A DNA stretch of 64,000 bases from the human T2T-CHM13v2.0 reference genome, Homo sapiens: the NCBI RefSeq assembly GCF_009914755.1, contig NC_060944.1. One strand, given 5' to 3'. The position numbers were made by a program, and so were the translations under genes. Every line of letters begins with the position of its first letter. Position 1 is the stretch's first letter. Positions 24,809 through 37,900 of the stretch are shown in pieces. A model generated the notes under the pieces. It ran no database searches and was not told where the DNA came from. It saw only the letters and a program-made list of their open reading frames with translations.

Positions 24809-27714
24809 TATGAGTCACCACACCTGGTATGAGCCACCGTGCCTGGCCCACAATGACTTTTACACATGTTGTTAAATCATCTTACAGATTTTATAATTTG
24901 GGGGAAGAAAAGTTTTACTAAATGGTCTTTTAATGGAAACTCTACAAGAACCAGAATCTTTGCTTTGTTCACTTATGTATCCATTCCTAGGCCTAGAAAA
25001 ATGCCTGACACATAGCGGCAATTATTCATTGAATAAATGGACCCAGCGATAGTACATTAGCTATGCTATATGCATACATTAAAGATGTAGATTATCGACT
25101 TTCAAAAGATAATTAATGTAACTTCTTACTGCTTCTGAACATGTTTGTGAGTTATATTGCTGAGGGACCTTTATCTTCTCATTCTTTCATCTTAACCCAG
25201 TGTTATAAAATTGAAATCACCAATATTATTCCATATCTAAAATTAATATCTACCTTGTAAAAAATATCACTCTGCTGCATTTGACAATAGACTTTTTAGG
25301 TAATAATGATGCAATCCATAGGGTTTTTTGGGGGCACAGAGGGATTCATGCTAACAGAACATTTTATTTTCTATTTTCCCAGAGCTGTAAAACATGAAAT
25401 TACGGTAGTATAAGGCATATTTTTACTCTTTTTATAATTTTTTCTAAAAAAAATTAGTGTTTGTTCCCTATATAACTTTTAACTTTATAGGTAAATATTT
25501 GTCTCTTTCAGCTCCAGTTTTATGTGAAATAGAGTTTTCAGATGTATGTAGCATGGAAAGTTTTAATACGTCAGAGTTACTGATTTTTGCCATTTTCTCA
25601 ATTATTTCTTTTTTATCTTTAGTTGATTTTTTTGTAGTGACACATTTTGTTTCTAGTCTCATTTCCTTTTGTTTATATTCTATGTATATTTCGTTTTTGG
25701 TTACTATGAGAATTACATATAACATCCTAGATTTATAACATTTTAATTTGAATTTATTTCAACTTAAGTTCAATCACATACCAAAATTCTACTGCTATAC
25801 ATATAGCTCTACTCTTTTTATGTTATTGATGTAACAAATTATATCTTTATTCATTGTATACCAGCTAACAGATTTACAATTACATTTTACGCATTTGCCT
25901 TTTAAATTATGTAGAAAATAAAAAGCAGAGTTAGAAACCAAATTACAATAGGACTGTTTTTATGTTTGTTTATGTATTTACCTTTACCGGAGAGCTTTGT
26001 ATATTCATACAGCTTGCTTATTTACTTATATAGTTATTGCCTAGAGTTCATTTATTTCAACCTGAAGGACTTAACACCTCTTGAATGGCAAATTCAGGAA
26101 TAAACGGATTTTTTTTCAGTTTTAAAAAAAAATCCGGAAATGTCTTAATTTCTCCCTCATTTTTGAAGGATAAGTTTTCCAGCTATAGATTTCTCAATTG
26201 ACAGGTTTCTTAATTATTTTAAATATATAATCCACTGCCTACTGGCCTTCAAGCTTTCTGCCGAGAAATCAGCTGCTAATGTTATCTGGATCCCTATCTG
26301 TGAGAGTTGCTCTTCTCTCTGAGTTTTCAACATTCTCCCATTATCTTTTGTTTGTTTGTTTTTGAGACAAATAATTGTACATATTCATGGGATACAGAGT
26401 GATATTTTGATACATGTATACAATGTCCAATGATCAAATAAGGATAATTAGCATATCCATCACCTCAAATATTTGTCATTTATTTGTATTGTGAACAGTC
26501 AACATTCTTTCTTCCAGTTTTTTAAATTTATAAACATTTAAATTTTATTACAGAAATTTAAATTTTTTGATTCTGAAAAAGTTATATACATATGCAACAT
26601 CGTTTTATCATTTATTTATATATTTATGCATCTTTCCTTTTAGTTTTGACAGAGATTTTCTATTTAATCATTATTTCAAAAGAACTCTTACCTGTATTTA
26701 TTTATCAATTATATTTCCCTTGTTTTTTCCTAGTATATTAATTTATTTACTTATCTTCTAAAAATCCTCCATATAATCTGTTTGTTTCCTTTCTATAATT
26801 TCTTCAATAATTAGTTCTGTTCTATTTTCCATTAAAATATTTAAATCTTGTATGAATTTTTATCAGATTAGAAATTTAGGGCGTTTCTTAATTTCTCTAT
26901 ACTCTAGCTTTTGACTTTTTTTTTTCTGACCTAAGAGGTATTTAGAGCACATTTTAGATTTTTTATTTTGACTAATCATTTAAAATGTATACTAATCTTC
27001 AATTTAAATAAAAAACTGGTCTATAGTGACAAAAATTACAAATGAGCCTAACTAATAAATTATCAGCTGTGTTTATATGTATAGGCATGCACAGATTTTG
27101 GTAAATATGTACATAGTATATTGGTGAGCTTATTTTTGTCGTTCTTAACTCATTGTGTAGTCTAAACGTTGGGGAAAAAATAAAATACAATAATCAGATG
27201 GCGTGAATAAGAAAATTGTTCTAATGTTTGTAAACCAAGCAACGGTTTTAACTGCTCCCCTCTTCCTGATTGACTTCCAAAAGGGATTAATCCATATTAG
27301 GTCCTGTCGTATATGTCACGGTATAACATCTCCAGCTATAAAATGGAAATTTGAGAATAACTTTGCTGCTACTCAGATACATTTTATTTCAAAAACATAC
27401 ACTAAGGTGTTGCTGTTGGATCTTTCCAAAAACATATTCACACAGAACTTTCAATCACACTGAGCCATATTTGAACAATCTTTCAAGGTCAGCTCTGGCA
27501 TAAGCTAACATTATACCATTTAACTCAGAAATTTCTGTAGTATTTGATTAATGGGTTTATGTTTGATATGTAATGTAATTTTCTAATGCTAAATCAAGTG
27601 GTAATTTTGTTAGTCAAGTTGATTTAGTGGCTTGGGAAGAAAGCTTTTAATGTTCCCCTAATTTTTCTTACCTTTGACATGATCCTTCACATGTCTTATT
27701 TTGCTTAGTGATTT

Positions 27715-28012
27715 TTCTTTTTTTTTTTTTTTTGAGACAGGGTCTTACTCTACCACCCAGGCTTGAGTGCAGTGGTGCGATCACAGCTCATTGCAGCCTT
27801 GACCTCCCAGACTCAAGCTATTCTTCCACCTCAGCCTCCCAAGTAGCTGGTACTACAGGCACATGCCGCCAAACTTGGCTAATTTTTGTATTTTTTGTAG
27901 AGACAGAGTTTTGCCAAATTTTCAGGCTGGTCTGGAATTTCTGGGCTCAAGTAATCCTGCCTTGGCCTCCCAACATGCTGATATTACAGACATAAGCCAC
28001 AGTACCCGGCCA
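27715..28012 (-). mobile_element. Alu (AluJ-like)
   Basis: Poly-T, GAGACAGGGTCTTACTC...AGCCACAGTACCCGGCC. Confidence 0.9.
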
Positions 28013-29081
28013 GTTTTCTTTTTTTAAAAATCTATTGGTTATTAATTTGAAGCCTTCCTTTTCATAGCTGTGCTCCTTAATTGGGAGCAAACATGAATGG
28101 ACCACAACTTAGCCAATTTTCTATATACGATCTTTGCCATCCTAATTTAAAGGAATATTAATTCTTTCTTTTCCTCTTTCATTCCACAAACCTGTATTGA
28201 CTACATCTAAGTTCTAAATGGTGCACTGGATGTTGAAAAAGTTGATGATGAGCAAGAACAAAATTCCACCTTTCAGGAGACTTACAGTTCAATATGGGAA
28301 ATATAATTTGTTAAAATATAAAAGTGCAATTGTGTTACATGCTGTACGAAGTACATGTTGACATGTGAGCATATAATAAATGGGCTGGAGGCCAGAGGAT
28401 TGCCAAAGAGAATGGGCCTCCTGCTGAGATGAAAAGTTGAGCAGGGATTAGTTGGCGAAAGTGGAGGGACGACCCTTTCTAGGCAGGAGGAAGAACATGT
28501 ACAGAATCTCTGAGGTGTGATGCGACAAAGTCTATATGAAAAACTGAAGAAAGGTCTAATGTGGCTTAAATACAGAAGCCAGTAGGAGAGGAGTCGAAAA
28601 GAGGCTGGAGAAGTAGAAAGTGTCTGCATTCTGCAGGAACTTATATTGTATAAAAAGAATTTCTCTTTATTCTAAGTGCAATGTGAAGCCAATGAAGTGC
28701 CTTAAACAGGTGATGTGATTTGATTGAATTTATTACTTCACTTAACAAATATTCATTACATGCCCACTGTTTGTCAGATATTGCTGTAGCCCCTGGTGAT
28801 ACAGTAGGGAATAAAACAGGCAAAAATCCCTGTCCTCTTGCAGCTTATAATGGACTGCAATGTTTAATATGTCAGAGGAGGTCCACGGAGGAGTGACTTC
28901 TAAGCAAGAATCTGAAAAAAATGAGGATATCTAAGGAGGGAACAAATGGTTCAAAAGCCCTATAATTGCAAGCAGGCATGATGAAGCAATTGCAGTTGTC
29001 CTGACTCTCAACACCGTGGAACTCAAAGGAGATGGAAAGATTCTTTCTCTCCCTCATATATTTTCTCTCTGTCTATATATA

Positions 29082-29212
29082 TAGAATATGAGACATTTCC
29101 CTAATCATTATGTGTAATTACAATTACATATATATATATATGTATGTAATATATAAACATATATATGTAATTGTAATTACACATAATGATTAGGGAAATG
29201 TCTCATATTCTA
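29082..29212. repeat. Perfect inverted repeat, 54-bp arms, 23-nt spacer
   Basis: 29082-29135 is the exact reverse complement of 29159-29212. Confidence 0.95.
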
Positions 29213-31007
29213 CTCAAAAATAAGCAATATAGCAATTACTGTTTTTTACATTTTACAGTTACAGTTTCAGAGAAAGTTTGATATTTATCTAAAATTTTTC
29301 AATGTATGAACTTTTTCATTTGGCAAACCATAATTGTACATATTCTTGGGATACAGAGTGATATTTCTTTACATGTATAGAATGTGTAGTGATCAAATCA
29401 GGGTAATTTCCACTAATTTAAAATGCCACCTTTATGTTATTGTAATTTATATATATACTATATATATACACACACACATATATATATACATGTCCACATA
29501 CAGTGTGTGTGTGCACATGTACACACATGCATATGTGTATATAATGCCCAGTATAAGCAATGTGCGCAAATAAAATTAGCTAACAGAGATAGTATAGAGT
29601 GAGAGGAGAGGCAGATTAATCTTTGAGGAAAAGCACAATTTTATGGCTGAATGGAGAAAGCTGAGGTGGTTTCTAAGATGGAGAATAAGATGAAAAATGT
29701 AAGTACGTTGTTTGACTGAATTCAAGAAAGAAGGGTAAAAGAGAAGAAAGTAGTGGTCTTATCATTAAATGCCACAGAGAGGTAAAGATAAAAACAACAT
29801 ATTGTTTTGGGTTTAGTAATTTAAGGGTTACCAAATTCCGTTTTGGAGGAGGAACAGATTCCATGTCCACTAGAATGGAATGAACAAGAAATGGAGGAGG
29901 AAAATAGGTAGTTTTTCAAAAGTTTTCAAAAATATGAAAAGAAGAAATGAAATGGTACTTGGAAGAGATTGTTGAAATGGGAGAGACTATGGTGGCTTGT
30001 TTAGAAGCAGTTGAGATAGATCCAATTGAGATAGAGATATTGACTATATAAACAAAAGAATGACAAATTAATAGTGTAATGGATAACTTGACTTTGGCAA
30101 ATATTGTGAATTTTTGTGAAAGTACAACTAAAAGGCAATGTCACTCCAATAATCACCAGAGTAATCAATTTGCTTATTGCTGTCCCTTTAAATATAGTTC
30201 TCTGGTATCAACTAACATGTTTTTAACTAATGATGCTTCTTAAAGAAAAGGGAAAAGACCTTTTTCTTTCTTTCAGTCTTCAATGATTCACTGCTTCATC
30301 TCGCTCCACCAAAGATAAATGAAATCTACATCTCTTATACATTAACAATGCATGACAATTTATAAATAGCTAAATTTTTGGAGCTAACTTGAAGTAGCTG
30401 AATGGAATTTAATCAACCCACTAATCTCCTTCTCACTTCTCAGTTATTTATCAAGTTTATGTCAAGGGACAAGGAAAAATTATCCAAACATTGTTTAAAA
30501 CAATCATCATTAATTAGTAACACTTATCCAGGGGGGTTTTTAACCTTTCCCCCACTCAAGGATTATTCTAATGTCAGAGTAGAATAAAAAATAAGTGCAG
30601 CGATGCTGACTCTTCCAAGCTTAACATTTCTCACAAGTCAATTAGCTTTGTACTGGGAGGAGGGCGTGAAGGGCTGCTTGCGGTAGTTGTGTAGCAGCAG
30701 CACAATGGCCGCAGACAAGGAAAACAGTTTCTAGGAATTCCTCGTATATAATTTTATATTTTTGACAAGATTAATGACCCATGCTCCCTTCCTCTCCATT
30801 TCTTTTTTTGGAATTCTGTTGGTATGTAGTTACTATATTTTATTAAAGGAAATTAGCCTTATCTCTTATTATATTTTATTAAAGAAAATTATTATTCCTT
30901 TATATTTTTATTAAAGGATTTTATTATTATTATTAAAGGAAATTAGCCTTATCTCTTATTATATTTTTATGACCTTCAAAGTAGTGTCTCTGCTTAAAAG
31001 TGTACCT

Positions 31008-31325
<318 letters not shown>

Positions 31326-31440
31326 TCAAGCGACATGTAGAGTTCATAAATTCTGGCCAAATGGTCATACCTCAAACCTCATCAGCACTAAGGCTCTTTA
31401 CTTGCACTGACAAATGTGAACGCTGGGGAATTTGGAAATG

Positions 31441-31580
31441 ATATATAATAGATATATAATATATAATAGATATATAATATTATATATGTAATAGATATAC
31501 AATATATAATATATATATAATAGATATATATTATATATAATAGATATATATTATATATATAATAGATATATAATATATAA
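31441..31580. repeat. AT-rich (ATATATAATAG)n-like simple repeat
   Basis: Directly visible. Confidence 0.9.
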
Positions 31581-32598
31581 CTTTCCATGTGATTTTCCTC
31601 TTAATTTTTTTCTAGCTGATCCATATGAATTCCTCTTATTAAGAAAAATAAAGCATCCAGGATTCAATGAAGAACTATCACCTTGTTAATCATTCAGAAA
31701 CATATTGCAGACTTAAGCCATTTTTGATACAGATACTGAAACAATTACTTTCTAAGAGCAAACTTGAAGGTATGGATAAGGCCCTGAGTCATCTTCCTGA
31801 GCTGAATGATAGTTAAGCTGAATGTACGTATAAAATATGATTTTCTAACCACTTGCTCGCCAACAAGGAAAACTTTTAAGTAGAGCAGAACCTGAATAGA
31901 CAAGACATTTCTTTCTTTTGGTAGAAAATGATTTACCATCACTGTGTAGTTAATTGTAGACTAGGTAATTTTAACTGTGATTTATTGCCGGAGACATTTT
32001 CTTCTGTACTGTAAAGTGTGTGTCAAAAAAAAAAATAGCGATTTTGGAGGATTAGGGGAGTTTGATAAATTGCCTGCAATTCTGGCAGTATGAACTGCAT
32101 ATTAATTTCTCTCTTTCTAGAACATTTTTATTTATTAATTCCTTACAAAAACTCCCTAAACTTTGGAACAGCTCTCAATTGCCTGTATTCTTTTTTTTCT
32201 TATTATGGTACTCTTCTAGAGATTTGGCTTGCATCTATGAATAAGCCAGGACATCTTCAGAAATTGTCTGATTAAAAACACCACCAATGGAGTTTCATTA
32301 AATTTGTATTGATCTGACTAGTGAAACACACACATCTATGTTGCTGAGGATATTTTACTGCAGTTTGAGTTGTAATAATAGCTCTGTTTAAGATCCGTCA
32401 GTCACTTGAATCTTCTCTAAGGCTTTGGATGTTAGAAGTTAATTTGCTTTCTTACAAGGCCACATTCTATCTTGTAACTAAACAACTGAATTTTATGTCT
32501 TAGCGTAGATGGTTTATTACTTTCTGGTTTTTCTTTAGTAAGAATCCTATAAAAACACTAGTATTTTTCTCTGAGTTTAAAATTCAACACATGCCTAC

Positions 32599-32979
32599 TG
32601 ATATGGTTAGGCTTTGTATCCCCACCTGAATCTCATCTTGAATTGTAATCCCCATAGCCCCCATAATCCCCACAGGTCAAGGGAGAGACCAGGTGGAGGT
32701 AATTGAATCATGGGGGCAGTTTCCCCTGTGCTGTTCTTGTGATAGTGAGTTCTCACGAGATTTGATGGTTTTATAAGGGATTCTTTCCCCTTTGCTCGGC
32801 ACTTCTTCATGCTGCCTTGCGAAGAAGCTGGCTTGCTTCCTCTTTGTCTTCCGCCATGATTGTAGATTTCCTGAGGCCTCCCAAGCTGTGCTGAACTGTG
32901 AGCCAATTAAACTTCTTTCCTTTATAAATTACCCAGTCTTGGGCAGTTCTTTATAGCAGTATGAAAACAGATAAATACA
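32599..32979 (+). mobile_element. THE1D/MST-type MaLR solo LTR
   Basis: TGATATGGTTAGGCTTTGTATCCCCACC...AATACA; exact 5-bp TSD CCTAC. Confidence 0.9.
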
Positions 32980-34429
32980 CCTACTATGTAAAACTTAAAA
33001 TACAAAAAAAAAAAAATTATCTCACTAACATAGGAGCTAATATTTTGGTGTACTTTGTTTAGTATTTTATATTAAAAATATGTACATATATATTTATATA
33101 TAATTAAGAACATGTATGTACAATCGTGCATACATCATGTACATACATCTACTTAAGAAAATAGCTATGTAATATACCATTACTCAACTAGATTATAATT
33201 TTTCTCCATTTCTTTATTGTAATTTATCATTTTCTACTTTTTTGTTTTCTCATTTTTATTGCATATTTAATTATGCAAAAAATACATTAAATACATTGAA
33301 AATATATAGTGTAGCTATAAGAATAAAGAACGATGGTAAAACAAATGCTAATACCCACTACCTGACTTAAAGAATATGATACTATTTTTTTCCAATTGAA
33401 ATCCCCTCAACTACTCAGAATTACTGCTATCCCTTTTATCCTTTCATTAATTTTCTTCTAGTTTTCTCACATGTGAATCTATTTCTAAATACATTTCTTT
33501 ATTTTGCAAGTTTTTGGACTTCATATAAATGTAACCATATTGTATATATTCTTCTTCAGCTTCTTTTTCACTAAACAATATGTTTTGCTGATACTTACAT
33601 TCATATGTACAGTAATAGTTGATTTATTTTAATGGCTATATATTATTCCATTGTTAGAATACACCAGGATTTATTTTTACTTATTTTTTTTGCTGGAAAA
33701 TTGGGTGTCTTTTTTATTTTTTGATATAACAAACAATGTTGTAATCATTTTGTATTTACTTCCTAGTCCACTCCTGTAAGTTTCTCTTGAGTACATACTA
33801 GCAATGAAGATGCTGAGTCACTGCATATACATACTCACAACTTTATTCTATAATGTAATATTCTATAAAGTAGCTGTATCAGTTTATACTTTAACCAGTA
33901 ATGGACAAGATTTTCTGTTACTTCCCATCTTTGTTAATTATTACTTTTAGACTCTAACTTTTATCAGGCTCATGGATGTAAAAAGCATCTCAGGGTGTTT
34001 TTAATTTGCATTTATCTGCTCATCTATGAAGATGAGCTTCTTTTCATATAATTATGAGTCATTATTTTTGTTTTGCCTTCTTTTGTTTATGCATTTTGCT
34101 TGTTCTGTGTCTTATTTTTCCTGTTGATTTTTGGGAGTTCATATATATTCTAAATGTATATTCACTCATATATATGTTGCAAATATTACAGTTTATGATT
34201 TGTCACCTTATGATATCATCCAAATAGAGAAGCTTTATATTTTGATGTAGTCATATGTTCATTTTTCCTCCTTAATGTTTGTTTTTCTTGGTTCTATGAC
34301 CTACCAAAAGTAACAAAAATTCTCATTTATTTTTAATCTAAATGTTTTAAGTATTTTCCTGGAATTCACCTTGAATTGATTTCTATTGGAGATAGGTATC
34401 CAATCTAATTTGCCTCATATGGATAACCA

Positions 34430-34925
34430 CTTGTTCTATTACTGCTGTAACAAATTTCTACAAACTAAGTGACCTAAAATAACACAAACTTGTCATCTTA
34501 CAGTGTACACAAGTCAGAAATCAGGCATGAATTTTAGTGAACTAAAATCAAGTTGTCGACAGGCATGTTTCTTTATGGCGGCTAGGGTAGAATCCATATC
34601 CTGGCCTTTTCTATCTTCTAGAGAACATCAGCATTCCTTTTCTCATTGCCTCTCCTCTCTCTTTTTAAAGCTGGCAATGTCACATTTCTCTGACCATTCT
34701 TTCATTGTCACATCTCTCTCTGGACTCAGCTAAGAAAGGTTCTCCATTTTTAAGAACTCATGTGATTAGACTGGGCCCATCTGGATAACCCAGGAAGATC
34801 TCTCCATCTCGGTTTGCATCCTTAATCACATCTGATAAGCCTTTATTGCATTCAGTGTAACATATTCACAGGTTCCAGGGTTAGGCATGGGCATCTTTGC
34901 GGGCCATTATTCTCCCTACCACATT
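34430..34925 (-). mobile_element. MLT1-type MaLR LTR
   Basis: GCTGTAACAAATT..ACAAACT..GTG, GATTAGACTGGGCCCA, CATATTCACAGGTTCCAGGG motifs. Confidence 0.75.
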
Positions 34926-37900
34926 ATTTGCCTAGCATCTTTCATTACATTGTCCATCTATTTACTTACTGATTTCTAATGACATCCAAATCAGTTACAA
35001 CATTTTATGTAAGCATTGTTTTTATTTTTATGTTATTCCACTAGTCTATTTTTCTACTCATGAATTATGGTACATGAGTTTATTTTTGCAACTTTAAGCT
35101 CAATAACATGTTTTAAGATTTCCTCAACTTTCTTTTTCCACTTCTTCAGAAGTTGACTCTTTTGGCCCTTTGGTCTTCTATACACATTTTAGAAATGCTT
35201 TGTTGAGGACTAAGAGGAATGCTAAGATTTTGATAGGAATTTCATTGAATTTTGAGTATATTGGCATGCTACAATGGTTAGTGTTTTATACATGAAAATA
35301 ATATATCCCTTCCTCTTTTCCTAGTATCATGAGATGTTTGTTAGGCAGACATGAATATTGAGTTGTATCAAATGTGTTTTTCTGCATTATTGTGGTAGTG
35401 ATGTGATTTAGCTCCTTTAATTAGTTAATGTAATGAATTACATTTGTAGATTGCTCTAACTATTGAAACAAGCTTGAATTTCTGGAATAAGCCCAATGTG
35501 ATATTTATTCAACAAATATTCATTGAGTATACCTAGTATGTAACATGCTTTAAGAATACACCAGTGAACCAAACAGAAATATCTGACATTACAGAACTTA
35601 ACATTCCAGTATTTGGAGACAGACGATAAAAAAGTGAACATGTATATTTACAGTTTGTCAAGGAATGATAAATGAAGACTCTTAAAGTAGATGGGGAATT
35701 GGGAGTGAAGTCTGTAATTTAAATAGGGTGGGCAGGAAAGCTTCACAGAGAATGGGACATTTAAGAATAGACTTGAAGGACAGGCAAGAGCAATCTCTAT
35801 GTTTATATGGGAGAAAAGGTTCCAGGCAGATGCAGTAACAATGGCAAGTATCCTGAAGTAGGATCATGCTGGAGTTTTTGTGGAGCATCAAGGAGGCTAG
35901 TGTGACTGCCACAGAATCACCCAAGGGAAGATGAGAAGATCAGACCAGAACAGCACTTGGGCATCTAATGGGAAAAGTTTCTCAAGCCATCATAAAAATT
36001 TCACTTTTACTATAAATACTACGAGAAACCATGGGATGTTTTACAGTAAGAAAGGTGGCATAATATGTTACATGTTTTAAACAAACTCTATAGCTTCTGA
36101 GTTGAAATAGATTGTAGGGGCTCATGGCAGAAGCAGAGGGAACATTTAGGAGACTACTGTAAAGAATATCATGAAAAGAACAAACAACGCTATGTAACAT
36201 GCTTAAATGGACTGAAGAAGATGTATAAAATCAAAATGATGTTACCTTCACACCTTGAATCAGTATGATAAACCCCCCTCCCCAATCACAAAAGAAAAAC
36301 TAAACACAAAAACCAGGCTTTGGTTGCTCAGACAATTTTACAGGTGAGTTCTAGCAAACATGCAAAGAACGTTTAATTGCACTGTTACAGAAATTCTTCT
36401 GGAGACAAGAAAATACGACACATCACCCAACCAATTTCATAATAACAATGTCAATGTATAATAACAGAAAAAGTGGATCTCCGAAGAAATAAATTTATTT
36501 GGAAATAAACAAGTTTTATAATCTGAGATATTTGTGCTATGATCAATCATAGGTGCATCCCAAGAGGTTGAGGTAAGGAAAATATGTAAAGACAAAAAGA
36601 AGTCTATGCAAGCTGTTTTGAAACAAACATCATTGGTCACAGGGTCTGATGCAGGAGCTGGTGTTAACTTACTGGCAGAAACAGCCATTGCTAGGCAAGT
36701 GTTCTTGTGAGGGTGGCTTATCTGAAATGCTGCAGTCTTGAGGAATTTTTTATGATAGGTCCTATTATAGAGACACCTACAGGATGAGCTGGACAAACAG
36801 AGTGTGCTGGGTGGGCAGAAATTTCTTGTGAGTTTATAGAAAGTCCTTGTGATAGTGCTTATCGTGGACACACACACAAGATCCCCTTTTTCATGACCCG
36901 GCTCCACTTTGCTTTGGGTCTGATGTAAGTGACTTTGCCTTGTCATTGGCAACTTTCACTGTAGTATAATCTGCACATTAAAGTTACCTAACAATAGTAC
37001 AAAGAAAGAAAATTAAAGGTATATCTCTTTCAAAAATATAAACCCCAAAATTGTTAGGAAATTGTAGTGAGTATAAAAGATAATTCATTATAATAGACAT
37101 CTCAAGCTTCACAGAATTCTGACCTTTGCTACACTCTCATCCACAATCTTTTCTCCTAGTAAATGGCAGCTCCTTCTGTTAAGTTGCTGAGGCTTCTTAT
37201 TGCTTTTTTCTTCAAATAACAGTCAGAACTGAACAACTGTAATCATCCTAGTCCATACAATTGTTATATTTTCATTTAAAGAAGATCAATGTGTGGTTCT
37301 TTTTTATATATTTCTGGACAATTCTTTATATTTTAATAGTCAGAATTTGATCAGGAAAACAGAAGACATCCTATGTATTATAATGATAAAAGTTTAATAT
37401 TAATTAGGGCCTTATGCTATTATTGGAAGAGCTTGGTGAATAGATATTAGAAAAGCAGCTAGACAAAATCAGAAGAGGTCTGTTTTATATCAGAGATCTT
37501 AGCCTGAGAGTCTAGAGTGTGGGCACAGAACCCAAGCTTATAGGAATTTCTGAAAGGTCTGTAAATCTTATCCAGATGGACAGTGGGAGCTCATAAAGAA
37601 TTCTGCAAGCCATCACATCTGTCAAACCTGCTATGTCTAATCCTTAAGCCTGCTTTATTTGAAGACCTCCTCTTCACTCCTCACTTCCAGCTCTCATGAG
37701 TTTCTTTCATAGGCAAACCCAAACCTGGAACAATGTGCCTGAAGACTTCGGGTGACACAGTACCCAGACTTAAATAGGAGGGGAGCCATGGTGGAAGTGG
37801 CCATGCAGCACAGTTTTCTTGGTCTTTACTCATAGTTTTGATTCCTTAAAAAAATTAACCACATTAAAATATGTGTTTCATAATCTACATCTAATAATAC

